Positions 1 through 14,582 of a stretch of 64,000 nt of DNA are shown here, piece by piece. This DNA is from Convolutriloba macropyga (lineage: Eukaryota). Position 1 is the first letter of the stretch; every line of letters begins with the position of its first letter. The DNA is taken from the NCBI RefSeq assembly GCF_964194025.1, contig NC_134473.1:63116001-63180000 (forward strand), in the 5' to 3' direction. The notes under the pieces are model-generated. The model was not told where the DNA came from and searched no databases. It saw nothing but the letters and a program-made list of their open reading frames with translations. A program made the translations under genes and the position numbers.

Positions 1-430
1 ATTGAACTGGGCACATTTCTTGAGAGCAAGGAGTTGTCTGCAATGAAAGGAGTGCTGCGACCACCGCGCACAACAAACTACGTGCTAGATTAACATCTGC
101 TCATCAGCGAATCTGTATCCAACTGACAAATAGAAAAACGCGAGCAGCTTTCCAGCGAGCAGCTCGAGCTCAGGACTTTTTTCTCTACTTGGAAGACGTA
201 AACCTGCCGCGTTTGACGTGACGTTTACCTCTCTTCGGCGCACACTTTTTGTGCACATACAAGAACAATTTACGCTCTCGATGAAGCAGAGCAGGATTAT
301 ATGGACTTCAGGAAATCAAATGTACAGGAGTAGGAAAACCTATTGTCAGAATTGCAGTTGAAGAAATTGTGCGCTTTTCCTTACTCGTGAAAACTTGAGG
401 AGATTGATTGTGCTCGCTGACAACAAGCGC
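1..430 (+). mobile_element. Possible degenerate LINE ORF2 fragment (end of endonuclease / linker)
   Basis: Frame 1 reads ...VLRPPRTTNYVLD*, and DYMDFRKSN occurs further on. These loosely resemble the PT..N.LD and DF.KAN motifs around the end of the APE domain. Many stops. Confidence 0.3.
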
Positions 431-436
431 TTCCTA

Positions 437-3400
437 CATGAAGGATTGACTGTCGTTTATTAAAATTAGCGCAGTCGATATCTGTTGTTGCAATTCGATA
501 GACCACACCATTCCTCGTTGCTATGGCGAAATGAGCTTCAACTTTTTCAAACTTCGGCTCAATAAACCGGACGGGAGTTGTTGTGACTGACTTAGTATCG
601 TCCGATGAGTGAGGACAATTTCAGTACTAGGTTAAGTTAAGGTTTGGCTAACCAAGAGGGTTAACCAATAGGGCAAATTTTTACGATCTGATTCTGTGAA
701 GCATGTTTTGTTTCAAAACCATGTGTGTCAGCAGCACAGAAGATTTGAGCTTGAAAGCTGATATCATGAGAAGAATGTGGAAACAAATTTTTAATTGATA
801 TCATTGCTGCGCATGAATAGTTAATAGAAAAAAAATTGAAAAATTTTATTGAACAACTCAATACACAATTAAAATCACTTTTTACGTTTTCCATAAAGGA
901 TTGCGCAAAACAGTAACCCGTCGATTTTTCGATTTTATAATTTACACGATCAGCTCTTTATCCTGAAATATTTTCAAGATTCCTAAAAAATAGAGTCGAG
1001 CTCACTCTCCAACAATCCGAAGCAGCCAAGTATGTATATATATTCCAAAATCATAAGAAACACACAAGTTCTTTCTTTGTCATCCACAAGACGTTTTCTC
1101 GCAGTAATTGTATTTCTATTAGATTCTTCCAAAGTTTTCTAGACATTTTTTAATTACACCGCGCGCTAACTTGGCATTTACACTGATGTTTAAAAATTTG
1201 TGAACTCATACACAACAAATTCATGTATCGCGAAAATGTGATTTTTGCCATAATTGCAGCAATTGAATATGTTCTTCTAACAGCAAAAACTGTTCGAAAA
1301 TATTAAAATTTCAAAATTTTATTCAACAGTTTTTGAACAGTTTCCATATAATAAAATCCCCTATTGAATGCACGATTTTAATTAACAATTTAAACAAAAC
1401 AAAGATATGGTCTCTTATTAAGTCTCTCGTTTTCGTCCAAACCATAACGCCTTTTCGTGGATTTTTGCTGCACAAAAAAATGTTTTCCAAAACAGTTTTT
1501 TTATTCATAAATGATAAGAATTAGGTATTTAACAGACTCCACTTTTCAATTTTAAACTTCCAGTTTTGTTTTTTGTTCCCGACGACAAATATGTCGTTTT
1601 TGCTGGTTTATTAGAGCGTTCATTTTAAAAAAAGACTTTTTTAGACGTCTTCATTGCAGATGGAAAAAAGATTTCGAACAGGTTTCCCACTATAAACACT
1701 GCAATGCCCGAAAATAAGAAAGTAAATATTTTGGCAACTTTGAGTAAATAATTGATGTTTATATTCAACAACAAGGTCACAAAAATGATCCCTGTGGTAC
1801 CGCACAAAAATTTTTCATTCATTGGGTTGATGCCAATAATTTGTACTCAAGAATCGAGCTTACAAAATTAATAATTAATTAACTGCAAGAATTTGCACCT
1901 TTTTCCATAAGCGTTGAAGTTTCTTTAGAAGCAGTTTTAAGTTCAAGGTATCAAAAAATTTTTATATATATTTTGATGTCATTACTTTCTTTTGTGTTGA
2001 TTTCAATCTCTTTAAGGATCTCATTAATAGCATCAACAGTACTTGTTTCTGTTTAAGTCCATTTTGTTTTGGTTACCACAGTTTGCTTTTATCTACGAAA
2101 AGTTGTAATATTCAAGCGTGGATTTCTCTTTCAAAAACTCTATTACCTGTTGCCAAAAACAATACTGAAGGAGTGACTCTCTTATTTTTAAAATTAGCTC
2201 AGTCGATATCTGCTATTGCAAATTGAGAGACCACATCATTCCGCTTTGCTCTGGCGTCATGAGTATTGAATTTTCTAGTTTTGAGCCCCATAAACTGGAT
2301 GAGTGTTGTTGTGGCTGACTTAACGTCGTCTGATGAGTGAGGACATTTTCAGTAACAGGTTAAGTTAAAGTTTGGCTAAACAAGAGAGTTAACTAATAGA
2401 GCAAATCTGACGATCTGATTTGTGTGAAGCATGTTTTTCTCAAATCAAAAACCTGTGTATCAGCAGCACAGAAGATTTCAACTTGATAGATGATATCATG
2501 AGAAGAATGTGGAGTCAAATCTTTGATTGATTTTTTTGCTGAGCATTAATAATTAATAAAATCAATAAAATAATTTTAATTGAACAAACCAGGACAAAAT
2601 TATTATCACTCTTTACATTTTACCATGAAGGAAGGTGCAAAACAGTAAACCGTTAACATGAAAATTTACACGATCTACTCCGCATCCTGAACTATTTTTA
2701 GGATTTTTGAAAATCAGATTCATCAGTCAAACTTATTCGTAAAACAAGTATGTATTTATCCCATTAGTTAAGCAAAAAGCTAACAAGTTCTCTGTTTGTC
2801 TTCCACAGGATGTTTTCTTGCAGTGATTCGGCTTCTATTAGATTCGTCCAAAACTTTGTAGACCTTAATAAAACGGGACGCTAACTTGGCATTTCCAATG
2901 ATGTTTAAAACACGTTTAGGTTTAAGACGCATAAAGTATTTTGTCTCCTCTGATCTTTTTTTTAGAAAAAACTAAAGTTAACAATTCTAGGATTTTCAAA
3001 TCGAAATTGCGTTGCCAGTAACTTTATCAACTCATACACATGAAATTCATGTACGAAAAAAAAAGATTTTTTGCCTTGATTGCACCAATTGAATTTGTTT
3101 TTCTGACAGCAAAAATTGTTCGAAAATTTATGGTAATTTCAAAGTTTCATTCAATTTTACTGTTGAACTGTTTCATGTGATAAAATCCCATATTGAATGC
3201 ACGATTTTAATATTAGTTATAAGGAAAACGGATGTGTTTTCTTACTAAGAGATCTCTTATTTTTCGATTGTTAAAGCCCTTTTTTGAACGTTTACTACAC
3301 AGAAACAAAAATGTTTCTCCTAAACTGATTTTTTTTTTCATATATGATAAGAACCAGGTATTTAGCAGATTCCACTTTTCAATTACTTACTTCCGTTTTT

Positions 3401-5797
3401 GTTTTTTGTTCTCGACGACAAATATGTTGCTTTTGCTGGTTTAATAAAGCGTTCATTTGAAAAACGGACTTCTCTAGACGTTTTCAGTCCATATGGAAAA
3501 AGCTTTCGAGCAGTTTTCCCCCTATAACCGCTGCAACGTCCAAATAGGTAAGTCTTACATATTTTGGCAAACTTGTGTAATTAATTGATGTTTATATTCA
3601 ACAACAAGATCACAAAATTGATCCCTGTTGTACCCCACAAAGTTTTTTCATTCAAGGGGTTGATGCCAATACTTGTACGAAAGGATCGAGCACACAAAAT
3701 TAATAATTCATTAATTGCAAGAATTTGCACCTTTTTCCATAAGCGTTGAAGTTTCTTTAGAAGCAGTTTTAAGTTCACTGTATCAAGAAATGTTTAGATC
3801 TTTTTTGATGCCATTACTTTTTGTTTTGTTGATTTCAATCTCTTCAAAGATCTCATTAATAGCATCAACAGGAGCTGTTTCTGTCTAAGAACGTAATGTT
3901 TTGGTTACCACAGTTTGCTTTTATCTACAAAAAGTTGTAACATTCTAGCGTGGGTTATTATTTTATAAACTCTGCTAACTACGAACTGCCAACAACGATA
4001 CTGAAGGAGTGACTCTCTTTTTTGTGAAATTAGCTCAAAGGATATCTGTTGTAGCAAATTGAGAGACCACATCATTGCGCTTTGCTCTGGCGACATAAGT
4101 CTTCATTTTTAAATTTGAGCCCAATAACTGGATGAGGTTTTTTTGGCTGACTTAACGTCATCTGATGAGCGACGGCATTTTCAGTAACAGGTTAAGTTAA
4201 AGTTCAGCTAAACAAGAGAGTTAACCAATAGTTCAAATTTGACGATCTGATTGTGTGAAGCATGTTTTTTTTAAATCAGAAACCTGTTTATCAGCAGCTC
4301 AGAAGATTTGAACCTGGTAGATTATATCATGAGAAGATTGTGGAGTCGCCTCTTTGATTGATCTCATTGCTGCGGATTGATACTTAGTAAAAAATAATAA
4401 TAAATAATTTTTATTGAACAAATCAGGAAAAAATTTGAAGGAAGGTACAAAACAGTAAACCGTTGATTTGATGATTTACACGATCTACTCTTCATCTTGA
4501 ACTGTTTTTAGGATTTTTGGAAATCAGATTCATCAGTCAAACTCGTTCGTAAAACAAGTATGTATTTATCCCATTAGTTACACAAAAAGCTAACAAGTTC
4601 TCATCTACAGGATGTTTTCTCGCAGTAATTCGGCTTCTATTAGATTCTTCCAAAGTTTTCTAGACATTAATAACAAGGAACTCTAACTTGGCATTTCCAA
4701 TGATGTTTAGAACGCGCTGAGGTTTAAGATGCGTAATGTATTTTGCCTCCTCTGATCTTTTTGTATAAAACTAAAGATAACAAATCTAGGATTTGCAACA
4801 TGAATTTGTGTTGCCAGTAACATTGTCAACACATAGACATTAAATTCATGTACTGAAAAACGCTTGCACCAATTGAACTTGTTCTTCTGGCAACAAAAAC
4901 TGTTCGAAGAATTTTTTTGTAAATTTGAAATCTCATTCATTTTTTGAACTGTTTCTTATGATAAAATCCCATATTCAATGCGCAATTTAAATAACAGTTA
5001 TAAAAAAGACGATTGTGTTCTTTTACTTAGAGATCTCTTATCTTTCGAATCATACCACCCTTTCGTAAATTTTTACTGCACAGAAACAAAAATTGTTCTC
5101 TTTAACTGATTTTTTAAAAAATGATAGGGACCAGATATTTAGCAGATTCCACTTTTCAGTTACGAGTTGATCTATTGAAACATACTTCCCAACTTTGCTT
5201 TTTATTCTGAACGACAAATGTGTTGTTTCTACTGGTTTAAAAAAAGCTTTCATTTAATAAAAAGGTCATTTCTAGACGTTTTCAATACTTTTAGGTCAAA
5301 ACTTTGAGCAGTTTTTCCCTCTATAACCACTGCATCGTCCGCAGAAGAGTTAGTTGTACATAGTTTGACAACCTTGGGTATATAATTGATGTATATAATG
5401 AACAATAATGTTGCAAAATTGACCACTGTGGCACCCAAAGACCTTTTTTCTTTCATAGAGTTGACGTCAATCACTTGTACAAATTGATCGTGTACACGAA
5501 GGTGATAATTCAGTAACTGCAACAATTTGCGCCATTTTTCACAGCGTTGAAATTTCTTTAGAAGCAGTTTTAAATTAGCGATATCAAAATATTTTTAGAT
5601 CTGGAATGATGGCATCACTTTCTTTTTGGTTGATATTCATCTCCTCAAGCACTTCAATAATAGCATCAACAGTATTTCTTTTTTTTACATCCGTATTGTT
5701 TTGGGTACCACTCTTTGTTTTTATCTACCAAAAATTGTAGCATTTTAGTGTGAATTACTCTTTAAAAATCTCTGCTAACGGTTGCTAACAGCAATAT
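437..5797. repeat. Diverged tandem triplication, unit about 1.73-1.83 kb (about 437-2164, 2165-3998, 3999-5797)
   Basis: The marker gatgag...ttcagta..aggttaagttaa recurs at about 604, 2333 and 4164, and the junction gaaggagtgactc recurs at about 440, 2167 and 4002. Each unit carries the RT core and 3' end of the adjacent minus-strand LINE. Confidence 0.9.
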
Positions 5798-7300
5798 CGT
5801 TTGACAATTGCTATAGCTTTTTTGCTCTCTTTCTTGTAATTTGGCACAACTGGCATTTTTGAAACATTCTTGAAGCAATTGATGTTCAGAATTCATATTG
5901 ATTAAAGGTGTAGCGATACAAAATCTGTTATCAATATTCTCGTGCCCCGTAAATGGTTAAATTTTGAGAAACGATTTTCTTCCAAAGTTTCCAGTTGATT
6001 CGGTGGTAAGTAAAAAAAATGGAATTGAGTTCAGAATTAACAACTTTTTTTAAAGTGAGCAATCCACTCTAGCGAAGAATATTTTCATGTCTGAAACCTT
6101 TTCGCCGACATCATCCGGCAGTTTGGGCTTGTTGTCTTTGCGCAGTTTATTATAATAGATTTTGTATAAATTCTGTCCAGTTCCACTTATTGTATTTGAT
6201 TGCTTCTTTTCTTCCAAAACAAGTCTGTTCCTTTTGTTGGGTTGCATTCTATATATTTGTCGAAGACTGCAGTGTTCATTTTTTCCCGCTCGATGGCTTG
6301 GTCTCCCCGCTTCATCTTTTTTAAGAAACTTTCTTGGTTCGAAGTCGTGGTGATTTTTAATCTTAACATTCGTTAGTGAACGGAAATGATCCTGGCATTA
6401 ACCACGAAGTTTGAGGAAACTCTCTAATGAAAAATGATATCTGATAAGTTCATTGCAAACATGATGAGTTTCAGCCATGAGCAGAGTCGTGGTTTAGTCA
6501 TAGATCTCTCCCATTTCTTGAATTATCGTGCTTCTGCAGTTTTTTTTTCTTTTTTAAAACTTTGCATTCATTCAGAAATTGTAAAGAAATTGCAAAATCT
6601 ATATTGTGATCAGATATTAGGTCATCTTTTGTTGTAACATTTTCAGCCATATTGCTTGCGATGGGATCAAGGTCGGTCGAACAATTGTTTGTCGCTCTGG
6701 TAGGAAGAGTGAAACTTATTTTGTTTGGCTCGAGTAAAATTGAGGAAACTGCTGTACCTTCTACAGTTCTCAACTTTTTCGTTTACATCAATATTTAAAT
6801 GGCCTCAATATTTTTTTTTGAGTTTTTATCTATAGAGTTAGACTTTTTTTCAAGACTGAGAATATAATTTTTTTTCAAAAGATTACTTTTTGTAGTTTAT
6901 ATGTTATCTTTAGGTTTATATGTTATCGTTATTTGTTGATCATGCTTTGTTCTGAGTTATCTCAAAAGTTCCAATTCTTGTAAATTATATATTACCCTTG
7001 TTTTGATTCTTTTATTGCTATACAATGCCCTTACTAGCCCTATGGTATTACATCCATTTTTTATAATCACAATAAACTGTTGTTTTTCCTTACGGCCTTC
7101 GATGTAGTTTTTAATGCCGTAAAAATCTTGATAAAATGACTTGCTAATAATAACTGTCAACTTCATTTGAGAAAAGGTTTGGAATATTGGAAAATTGCAG
7201 ACATTCATTCGTTTTTATTTTCTGAGAACCAATTGAGAATCACCTAATTTATAATTGTTATCAGAAAATTTTTTTGCAAACTGTGGCAATTTTTGTGGAT
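4200..7300 (-). mobile_element. Degenerate LINE (CR1/L2-like) ORF2: APE endonuclease plus RT
   Basis: The minus strand gives APE motifs LPTRATNNCSTDLD...LISDH (6498-6773). It also gives RT motifs KQYG..TVDAI, LLLKK, LLFIIYIN and SADD (5250-5700), and C-terminal KLWKNL. Frameshifted. Confidence 0.85.
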
Positions 7301-9792
7301 TTGCTTTTTCTGATCTTTATTTCACTACTCTACGAAAACTTGAATTTGGAGAACTTTCAATCGCTTTTTTTTGGATCCCGTTGTTCCAATTGCGTTCAAG
7401 CTTTTAGCATAGTTGAAAGTAGTTGACAAAGTTTATCCTTGAATACAACTCGCCAATATAATTCAAATCAAGCAACGGGTGTGCTTTTGTTCCTTTTTGA
7501 CTTTGGGGTTCACTTTCATTTGTGGCACAGAATTCATTGGAGATCTTACACAACCCAAACCTCGAGTATAATTTAATAGATCCGAATCTGCCTTTGTAAG
7601 TCGCTCCTTTTTGTATATTGGCTTTTTGTAATAGTGTTACTCTTAAGCTGATGATTAATCTTGAGCTAATATTTGAGCGCCCAAAGGCTGTCCTTGGTGT
7701 AAAAATGAAGAACCTTTATAATTACACTGGGTGTTTTTTTCGAAATCAACATAGAACCCAAGAGGACAACACGCCTGCAGATCAGCCTCATTTACTCTAA
7801 TGCCGAGGTAGTGTCGCAGAACTAATATAATATCACTAACATAACAGTTTCCAGAAATCAGATTTGAAAATTTGAATTAATCAGGCCATTTTTGCAGTTA
7901 TATCTTGTTCATTAACTTTTTACGAAGTTATATGAAATTCAGAATCTTGCAGTCGCAATTTCTCAATGATTAACTTAAGATCTCACAAATTATGGATCAG
8001 TTTTCAATATTTTCAAAATCTATATCTCAAATTAATCATCTTTGCATAAATGTCAGCCATTTTGATAAGCGTTTGCTCTTTTTAATGTCTAAATGGTTCT
8101 CTCAACAACCGCCTGTCTCTCAGCTGTTCATTTCGTTCTTTTGATTTTGTTTGATGACCGAGGGTGATTGATTTTTTTGGGTTGAAAAAATGAATTTTTA
8201 ACTGAAGTTATAGCCTGCGCAAAACGTTTTTGAAGTTGTTTTGTATGTCATTTTTGAAAATATTAAAAATGATCGCATCAAAATTCAATTGGAAATTACT
8301 GGAAACCTTTTATTGGACCTTTTACGTAAAATTAAATGAAGTATCTTTCTCATCGCTATATTTCACAGTTCGTCCGTCTCTGGCTAAACTGTTAGCAGTT
8401 GAAGATATTACCTGTACTGATTTTTCAAATTCACTATCTGCATTGGTTAACCAGTTATTTTAAAATTTGATTAGGGTACTTTGATAAGTAATAATAATGA
8501 ACTGAAGCCGTCTAGCTGCCAAATTACTGAAATCAAGATTGCTGATGGACGGAATTTTCCATAAAATCTTTTAAAATTTAATTCAAATCAGCCTCAACGA
8601 ATAAGGGCTATTTGACATCTTCTGGAGTTCTCGAGTGGAAAAGTTTAACAGGTCTGGTCTTATCTCTTATCGGGAACTGATCCCAATAGTTTTTCCGCCT
8701 ACTACTGCTTGTCATTTAGTGACATAATCTCATCATACAAAGAGGATCATTCAAGGAGGATTAATATATGCTTAAACTCCTTTTATGATCTGCGTCTATG
8801 TCAAGAATTCGACGATTTCATCAAAAAAAATATTAGTTTCTGTTCATGATAAAAAAAGGTTTATTAAGCATCATAAGAAGAGTATAAAAATATCAAAAAA
8901 ATGTGAATTTGATCTAGCACTGATTTGCTTTCTGGTTTAACACGGACGGGTGTGAACGACCTTTCATACGTGTGCATATTCTATTATAAAAAAGCTTGCT
9001 TCAGTATTTTAAATGGTTGTAATTATTACTATAACTAGCCATTGAAAATAAATAGTAATTTGTTTTTTCTTTTTTGATCGTATTTGAATTGGTTGCAGTT
9101 GGTGTTGAGGGTTTTGTGATATCAATTTGATTGAGAACTTTTAAAAAAACTGAAATTTTTGAAAACAAATAGTGTAAGATCGGGGCCAACAAAAGTTATT
9201 AAAATAATGAGCTGAAAAGTGGGCAGACTTCTCCCATTTCCATCACATTTCAGCGCACTTTGGACACATTTTCAGCGCACTTAACCAAAATTTTTTTGCG
9301 CAAGTAGTTTTACGAATGCTTCGACCCGTATCCCATTATTCAATTCCCTAAGTTTTACCATTAATAAAAAGTTAATCGTAGATCCTATATGAAATTACTA
9401 TATGATTATATTGAGATAATACTACATAATATGCAGGTAATCATAAAAGAATTGATTTTCAGCCCGGTTGAGGTATTTTTTGGAGGGGGTTTTAATAGGT
9501 ATGTAAAAATTGCGGTAGATACCGTGAGTCTGGGAAAATCAGACTGGATGTTGTTAGAAACTATAAAAATAAAAAAAAACAAAATTTTACTATGCTCAAC
9601 CAAAACTTTTTGTTAGATTTTTGCGTTAAAAACGGCCCACATTTAGCTGCCATTTACTGCTCATCTTTAATATTTTTGAAATTATAATCTTCAACCTTGG
9701 AAGCAAGACCTGAAATTAGTGAAGAAGGAGTTAAGGAGCAGCAAGTGCGGATTTGATTGGATCGTTAGGTGGATTGGTGGAAGTGGGTGGAT

Positions 9793-9959
9793 ATGGAAGT
9801 GAAATGGACGACAAAGTTTGAGGTGGAAAAGGCTGAGACAGAGGATCAGTTGTCGAGGAGGGTGGAGGTGGCTAGGAAGAAGTACATTGTGGAGTCGAGA
9901 GCTGACATGATTGAGGAACTGAGTGAGAAGATATACAATGCCACTGAGATGCCACCCAG
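9793..9959 (+). CDS. Host orphan gene, putative coding exon 1 (MEVKWTTKFEVEKAETEDQ...MPP)
   Basis: Purine-rich, GC-elevated island with ATG at 9793. The best phase-compatible donor is AG|GCCAGT at 9960 (phase 2), matching the acceptor at 15377. Confidence 0.6.
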
Positions 9960-12289
9960 GCCAGTACAATCTCGTTCCCTCTCCAAGAACTCCACTTTTT
10001 TTCGGTTGCATAAATCTGCTTAAAAAAATTGGTGTTTGTGAACTAATAATGGCTTGTATAGCCTTACAAGAAGCAGGCTAGCAATTAAAATGAATACACT
10101 CTTACAATAGTGTTCTTGATTTTAATTCTAAAGATAGAGGATGGTCGTTGACCTGTTTGATATGACTATTTGGCAAAAATTTGGGCTACATTTTTGAAAA
10201 TTCAGCCTATTCTATCAAAATTAGCACATGATATGCTTCTTTAGCTCACTTTGTCCAAGTTTAACGAATGTACAGACCGAACAACTACTGACACAATTTT
10301 CTGAACTTATATTTAATCATACATCGTATAGAATGTTCTAGAACAAAAGTTTTTCCAGCCTTTCGGTAACTTAAATTATTATTTAAGTGCATGATTTTTT
10401 TTCAAAAACTTTTCTGCTATCATAAAAATTGCGCTAAAATTCAAAGCAGTTAGGTGTTCCTGCTAACGCGAAGAATTTCAAGGGTCATTTGCAATGAGAA
10501 AGAAATCAGATGGTGTCTTTGGGTCTTTTTGAAATGTTTTTTTTTGCAGTTTTTGTTTTTATGTCTTTTACATCTAAGTAAGTAAGATATCATATCAGCG
10601 CTCAATTATTGATGGGTCACTTTTACGTTCAAAACAAATAAACATATGAAACAAAATCACGCTTTCAGACAAAAAATTTCATGAATTTTATGGCTTTGAC
10701 TAAATGTATTTGCAATGTTTCAATGATTTCCTTTTTTGCTTTTCTTGTTCATTTTGGTAGTCTTCAGACCTAACTTCACTAATCTAAGGTCCAAATGACT
10801 TCCTCGAAAGTTACATTTGAACCTATCTATTGGTTTCACTTCATACGTACTGGCTCTTGTTACTATATTTTTGAACTTAAAAAAACTGTGAATTTTTGAA
10901 CTTTGCTTCTTTCTTCATCTTGGTTTATCTATCAATTAATGGTTTTTTGACATTGATAAAACAATTTTTCACAACAATTTTACGATTGCTGAATGTTTGC
11001 TCATAATTGAATTTTTTGTGTGTCTGGCCACATAATCAGAACAATTACAGGTCCCATTTGCTTCGGTCGGAGGCCTAATGGAGCATGTTCTGAGTAATGA
11101 CAGTTCTCGTAGGTTTCCTTCGGAGTTATAAATAAACTTATCTCATGCCATCAGTTGATAGCAAATGGTTTTAATCACGCTGAACTTACTTGTTTTACAA
11201 AAAATCGTTGGTTTTGAATTTCGCCACCTTTTGTTCTTTTTTTGTCAACTTGTGCATCATGGTGTCATTGATGACGCGTCCAATTCACTTTGTTATGAAA
11301 CAAACGTTAATTTCTCCGTTGATTTTAAATTTTAACTAATGACTTTATTCCGTTGACACTATGCATTTATGTAAAAATGTGTTGTGTTTTTGATAATTTT
11401 GTTACAAGGTTTTCAAAACTCTCACTTGAAATATTTCGAAAATTAAGTAATTTTTTGAATCTTTCCAACCTCTTCTTCAATTGATAGACAGCACTGGCGT
11501 TGATTGTTTGAGCAGCCCAACCAGTCGCATTTCGAAGGATTTTGCATAATTCTTGTGTTTAAAAATTATCTTGCAAAAAAATTTCAAAAATTAAGGTATT
11601 GCAGTCAAGATGAAAGATCTCGACGCTTTTTGCGAGATAGCGAATTACAAATCTTCATTTAAAAAGCCGCAATTTTAACTCTGACCATTGAATGAACACC
11701 TATTTTAATGCCATGCGGACATTGACTGTTACAGAAGAGCACTAATTGGTTACATTTATCAGCGACAACGTGACGAAAAAACCCAATTCCAAAAAACGGT
11801 TCCGATAACCCTCTTACTTTTAATCGAACTGCTGTGTTAATCAACATCCCCAAATGTCTTACAACACAGCCGATAATACCGTTTTCTAGAAATCCGAATC
11901 TGAAAATCGACAAATATTTTAAGTTTTATTCTTTTCCGTTTAAGATCTTCTATTTGCAGCTAAAAACGTAATATAAAATTAATTAGTAGTATTTGAAATA
12001 TTTCTATACACATTTATTAGAATTAAGTCTACGCCTATTTTGTCTGACTAAAAACTTTGCCCAATTCTAGTGCTAGTTTCTCTGATCACTTCTTTCATTC
12101 CATGTTTTCTAAAACTGCTCTCGTTTTATGGTCTTTTACTTATGGTCTTCGCCATGTATAGTGATATACTGAGTTTTCTCGTCAAATATCTACTGTACTG
12201 TTGCAATATCTGGCTTTATTACATTCCATAATAGGGCGCATCTATTGATCATCAAATTATTCTTGCTCTTTAAGTTTTGTTTTGTTTTA

Positions 12290-13130
12290 GTTTCAAAAAT
12301 TGTATAAATACTTTAATTTTCTCTATTAACGTTAACGATTTGAGTAATCGAATCAATAATCAAGGCAACGTTATCCAATTCGCAGATGATGCCTTAGCTT
12401 ACGCTTCCAATATAGATTTTGACACAGCGAACAAAAACTTGAACGATTCTGTAGAAACAATAGCCGGCTACTTCGATAGATATAACCTAAATCTGAACAG
12501 ATCAATAACAGATTTCGTTGATATTTGCAAAAAGTCCAAAAATTATTTTTTCAACACGTGTTCCATAATTGTTTCATGTAAAAAGTTGACAACGAAATAC
12601 GCAGTGAAATACTTAGGAGTTGTTCTCGACAGGAACCTGAACTAACAAAAAGAAGTGAAATAAGTACTATAAAAATGGTGTGTGGAATGAACGCTGTTTA
12701 TGCAATCGATAGCTTCCTCAATTCATATCAGAACTAAACCTATGAATGTTCTAGTTGTTTGTCATTTCTACTATAGTACTGTTCTATTGAGTTGATAAAA
12801 TCGTTCTCTCCTAACTTCACTTGAGAAATCATTAAACTAGGCAGCTTCAAAAGCCTCAAATTTCTTGCTGCAACAGAAAAACAGGACACATCTCATGATT
12901 TAAGGATACATAATGAAATACGTCCATTTCAAAACTTTTTAAGAAAATTAGAAGTCACTTACTTGCACAGAAATTTATTGAAAAAAGCCCCAGTTATGCA
13001 CAGCAGTACGAAAAACACACGCGAACAAATTTCCTCCATTTCGACATTTCCATAAGAACTGCTTCTTTGCCAGTGCTATAGAATCTTGAAATGACCTCAT
13101 CATATCTAATTCAAACAGTACTAATCTTAA
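12290..13130 (+). mobile_element. 5'-truncated degenerate LINE RT fragment in intron 1
   Basis: IFSINVNDL, QFADD and VKYLGVVLDRNL in ORF 12277-12645, with degenerate C-terminal sequence beyond. Confidence 0.85.
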
Positions 13131-13249
13131 GTTTCAATCTGTGAAAAAAGGCCCAATTGTTTCACCAATTTCAAACTTCTCGTAGCCTAAATTAATCTCA
13201 ATTAATCTCCCATTTAATCAGTTTCGAACTGACGTCACGTTTTTTGCAA

Positions 13250-14000
13250 GATTTAATTGATTTTTCCGACCATTTATTGAGCTACATGTTTTGGTACTGC
13301 CAATTTGATATCAATTTTTGTATTTTAAAAAAAGTCTTGTCTTTTATGAGTTTTCCCAGCCTCCGGGACTAGCAAAACTCATCTAGGGTCGGATAATAGG
13401 TTACTGCATAGTTTCTAGTGGCAATTGACTGTTTTCAAAATTTTAATGACAACAATTGTAGCAGCTTTTTTGGTTAAACTTGCAATTAATTTAAAATTAA
13501 TTGGAAAATAGGTAATTTTTTTTGAGTTTTTCCATTCTGATGGCCATTAAACATACTCTAGTGTTTGACTTTATGTTAGTGCACAGTTCTTAGTGGCAAT
13601 GGAATGGTTTTACGCATTTTAATTTCACGAACTTTAGTTACTTTTTCATAAAATTTTCCTTTTTTTCTAGATTTTACCAGGTATTTGTCTTTTGTTGTTT
13701 TTCTTGCCTCAGCGGCAAGGCAATTTCCCCTAGGGTTGGAAAGTTTGTTTCACCATGGTTACTAGGGTTGATGGAATTATTTTGCACAATTTTTTGATTT
13801 TTTTCCAAAATTGTGGACAATTATTGTCATGTTCATATTTTATCGATCCTTACGAGTCAATGAAACTTTTAATACTTGAATTTGGGTCATTGAATAGCCC
13901 CTGGAGACAATGAAATGATTTTAAATAATACCGCGAATTTTAGCATCTTTTCATTAAAATTTTAATTTGTTTTCAATTTTTGTCATGAAGACAATTTCTT
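13250..14000 (-). repeat. Dispersed repeat with diverged internal subrepeats; inverted homolog at about 41900-42800
   Basis: gagctacatgttttggtac (about 13279) closely matches the reverse complement of gtaccaaaacatatagctc (about 42719). tgcatagtttctagtggcaat corresponds to attgccactagaaactatgca (about 42365). Confidence 0.65.
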
Positions 14001-14582
14001 GTCTTGAAAATGTGTTACTGGACAGATTGCAGAGAAAAAGTTGTTTCGAACACTTTAATTTAGCGAAATAAAGAAACTTTCAATAAATATTGCAATGTTC
14101 AATTTTTAATTATTTGTCATATTTCTCGATTCTTTTCTATCTTTATTGGCCAATAAACCTCTTTCAAGTCTTGTGCGTGGGTTAATTGGTATATATACAT
14201 GGATCAAATTTGGCCTTCAGTGAACAAGCTTCAAGAGTTTTAGAAACGATTATAATTATTTCAGGACTTTTTCTATGTTTTTTTCAAATTGATACCTCTC
14301 CCAAATTTTTGCCGGTTTCTCTTGATTTTATTCTTACAAACTGTCTCGGTTTTCCTTCCAAAACCTGCTGTACGTTGTCGTAATATTCCCATATAAAAAT
14401 TGATTCCTAGCCCATTGTTGAAATCTGCAAATCTGATGTACTAAGTTTAAATCACTGACTTAAATTTACATGTTTACAGCGTACAACCGTTTGAGGCTGC
14501 CTTTTAGCCGCAACACACATATAAGCATTAGTCAGTCATATAACAGTCACCGTCGCTGGGGTCTAGCAAGGTTCAGCTTAAA

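Noticed and set aside
2325-2365. CTGATGAG in the 1.8-kb repeat (also at about 4162, and as a variant at about 602) as a hammerhead ribozyme
   Set aside because: No stem II hairpin or downstream GAAA box, and the copy at about 602 has lost the core.
9691-9792. Upstream coding extension via a 24-nt micro-intron (caa|gtgcgg...ttag|gtg)
   Set aside because: No upstream ATG or acceptor in that frame and the intron is implausibly short; treated as 5' UTR.
11659-11913. PHD-finger-like ORF
   Set aside because: Only partial Cys/His spacing, with no supporting splice sites or context.
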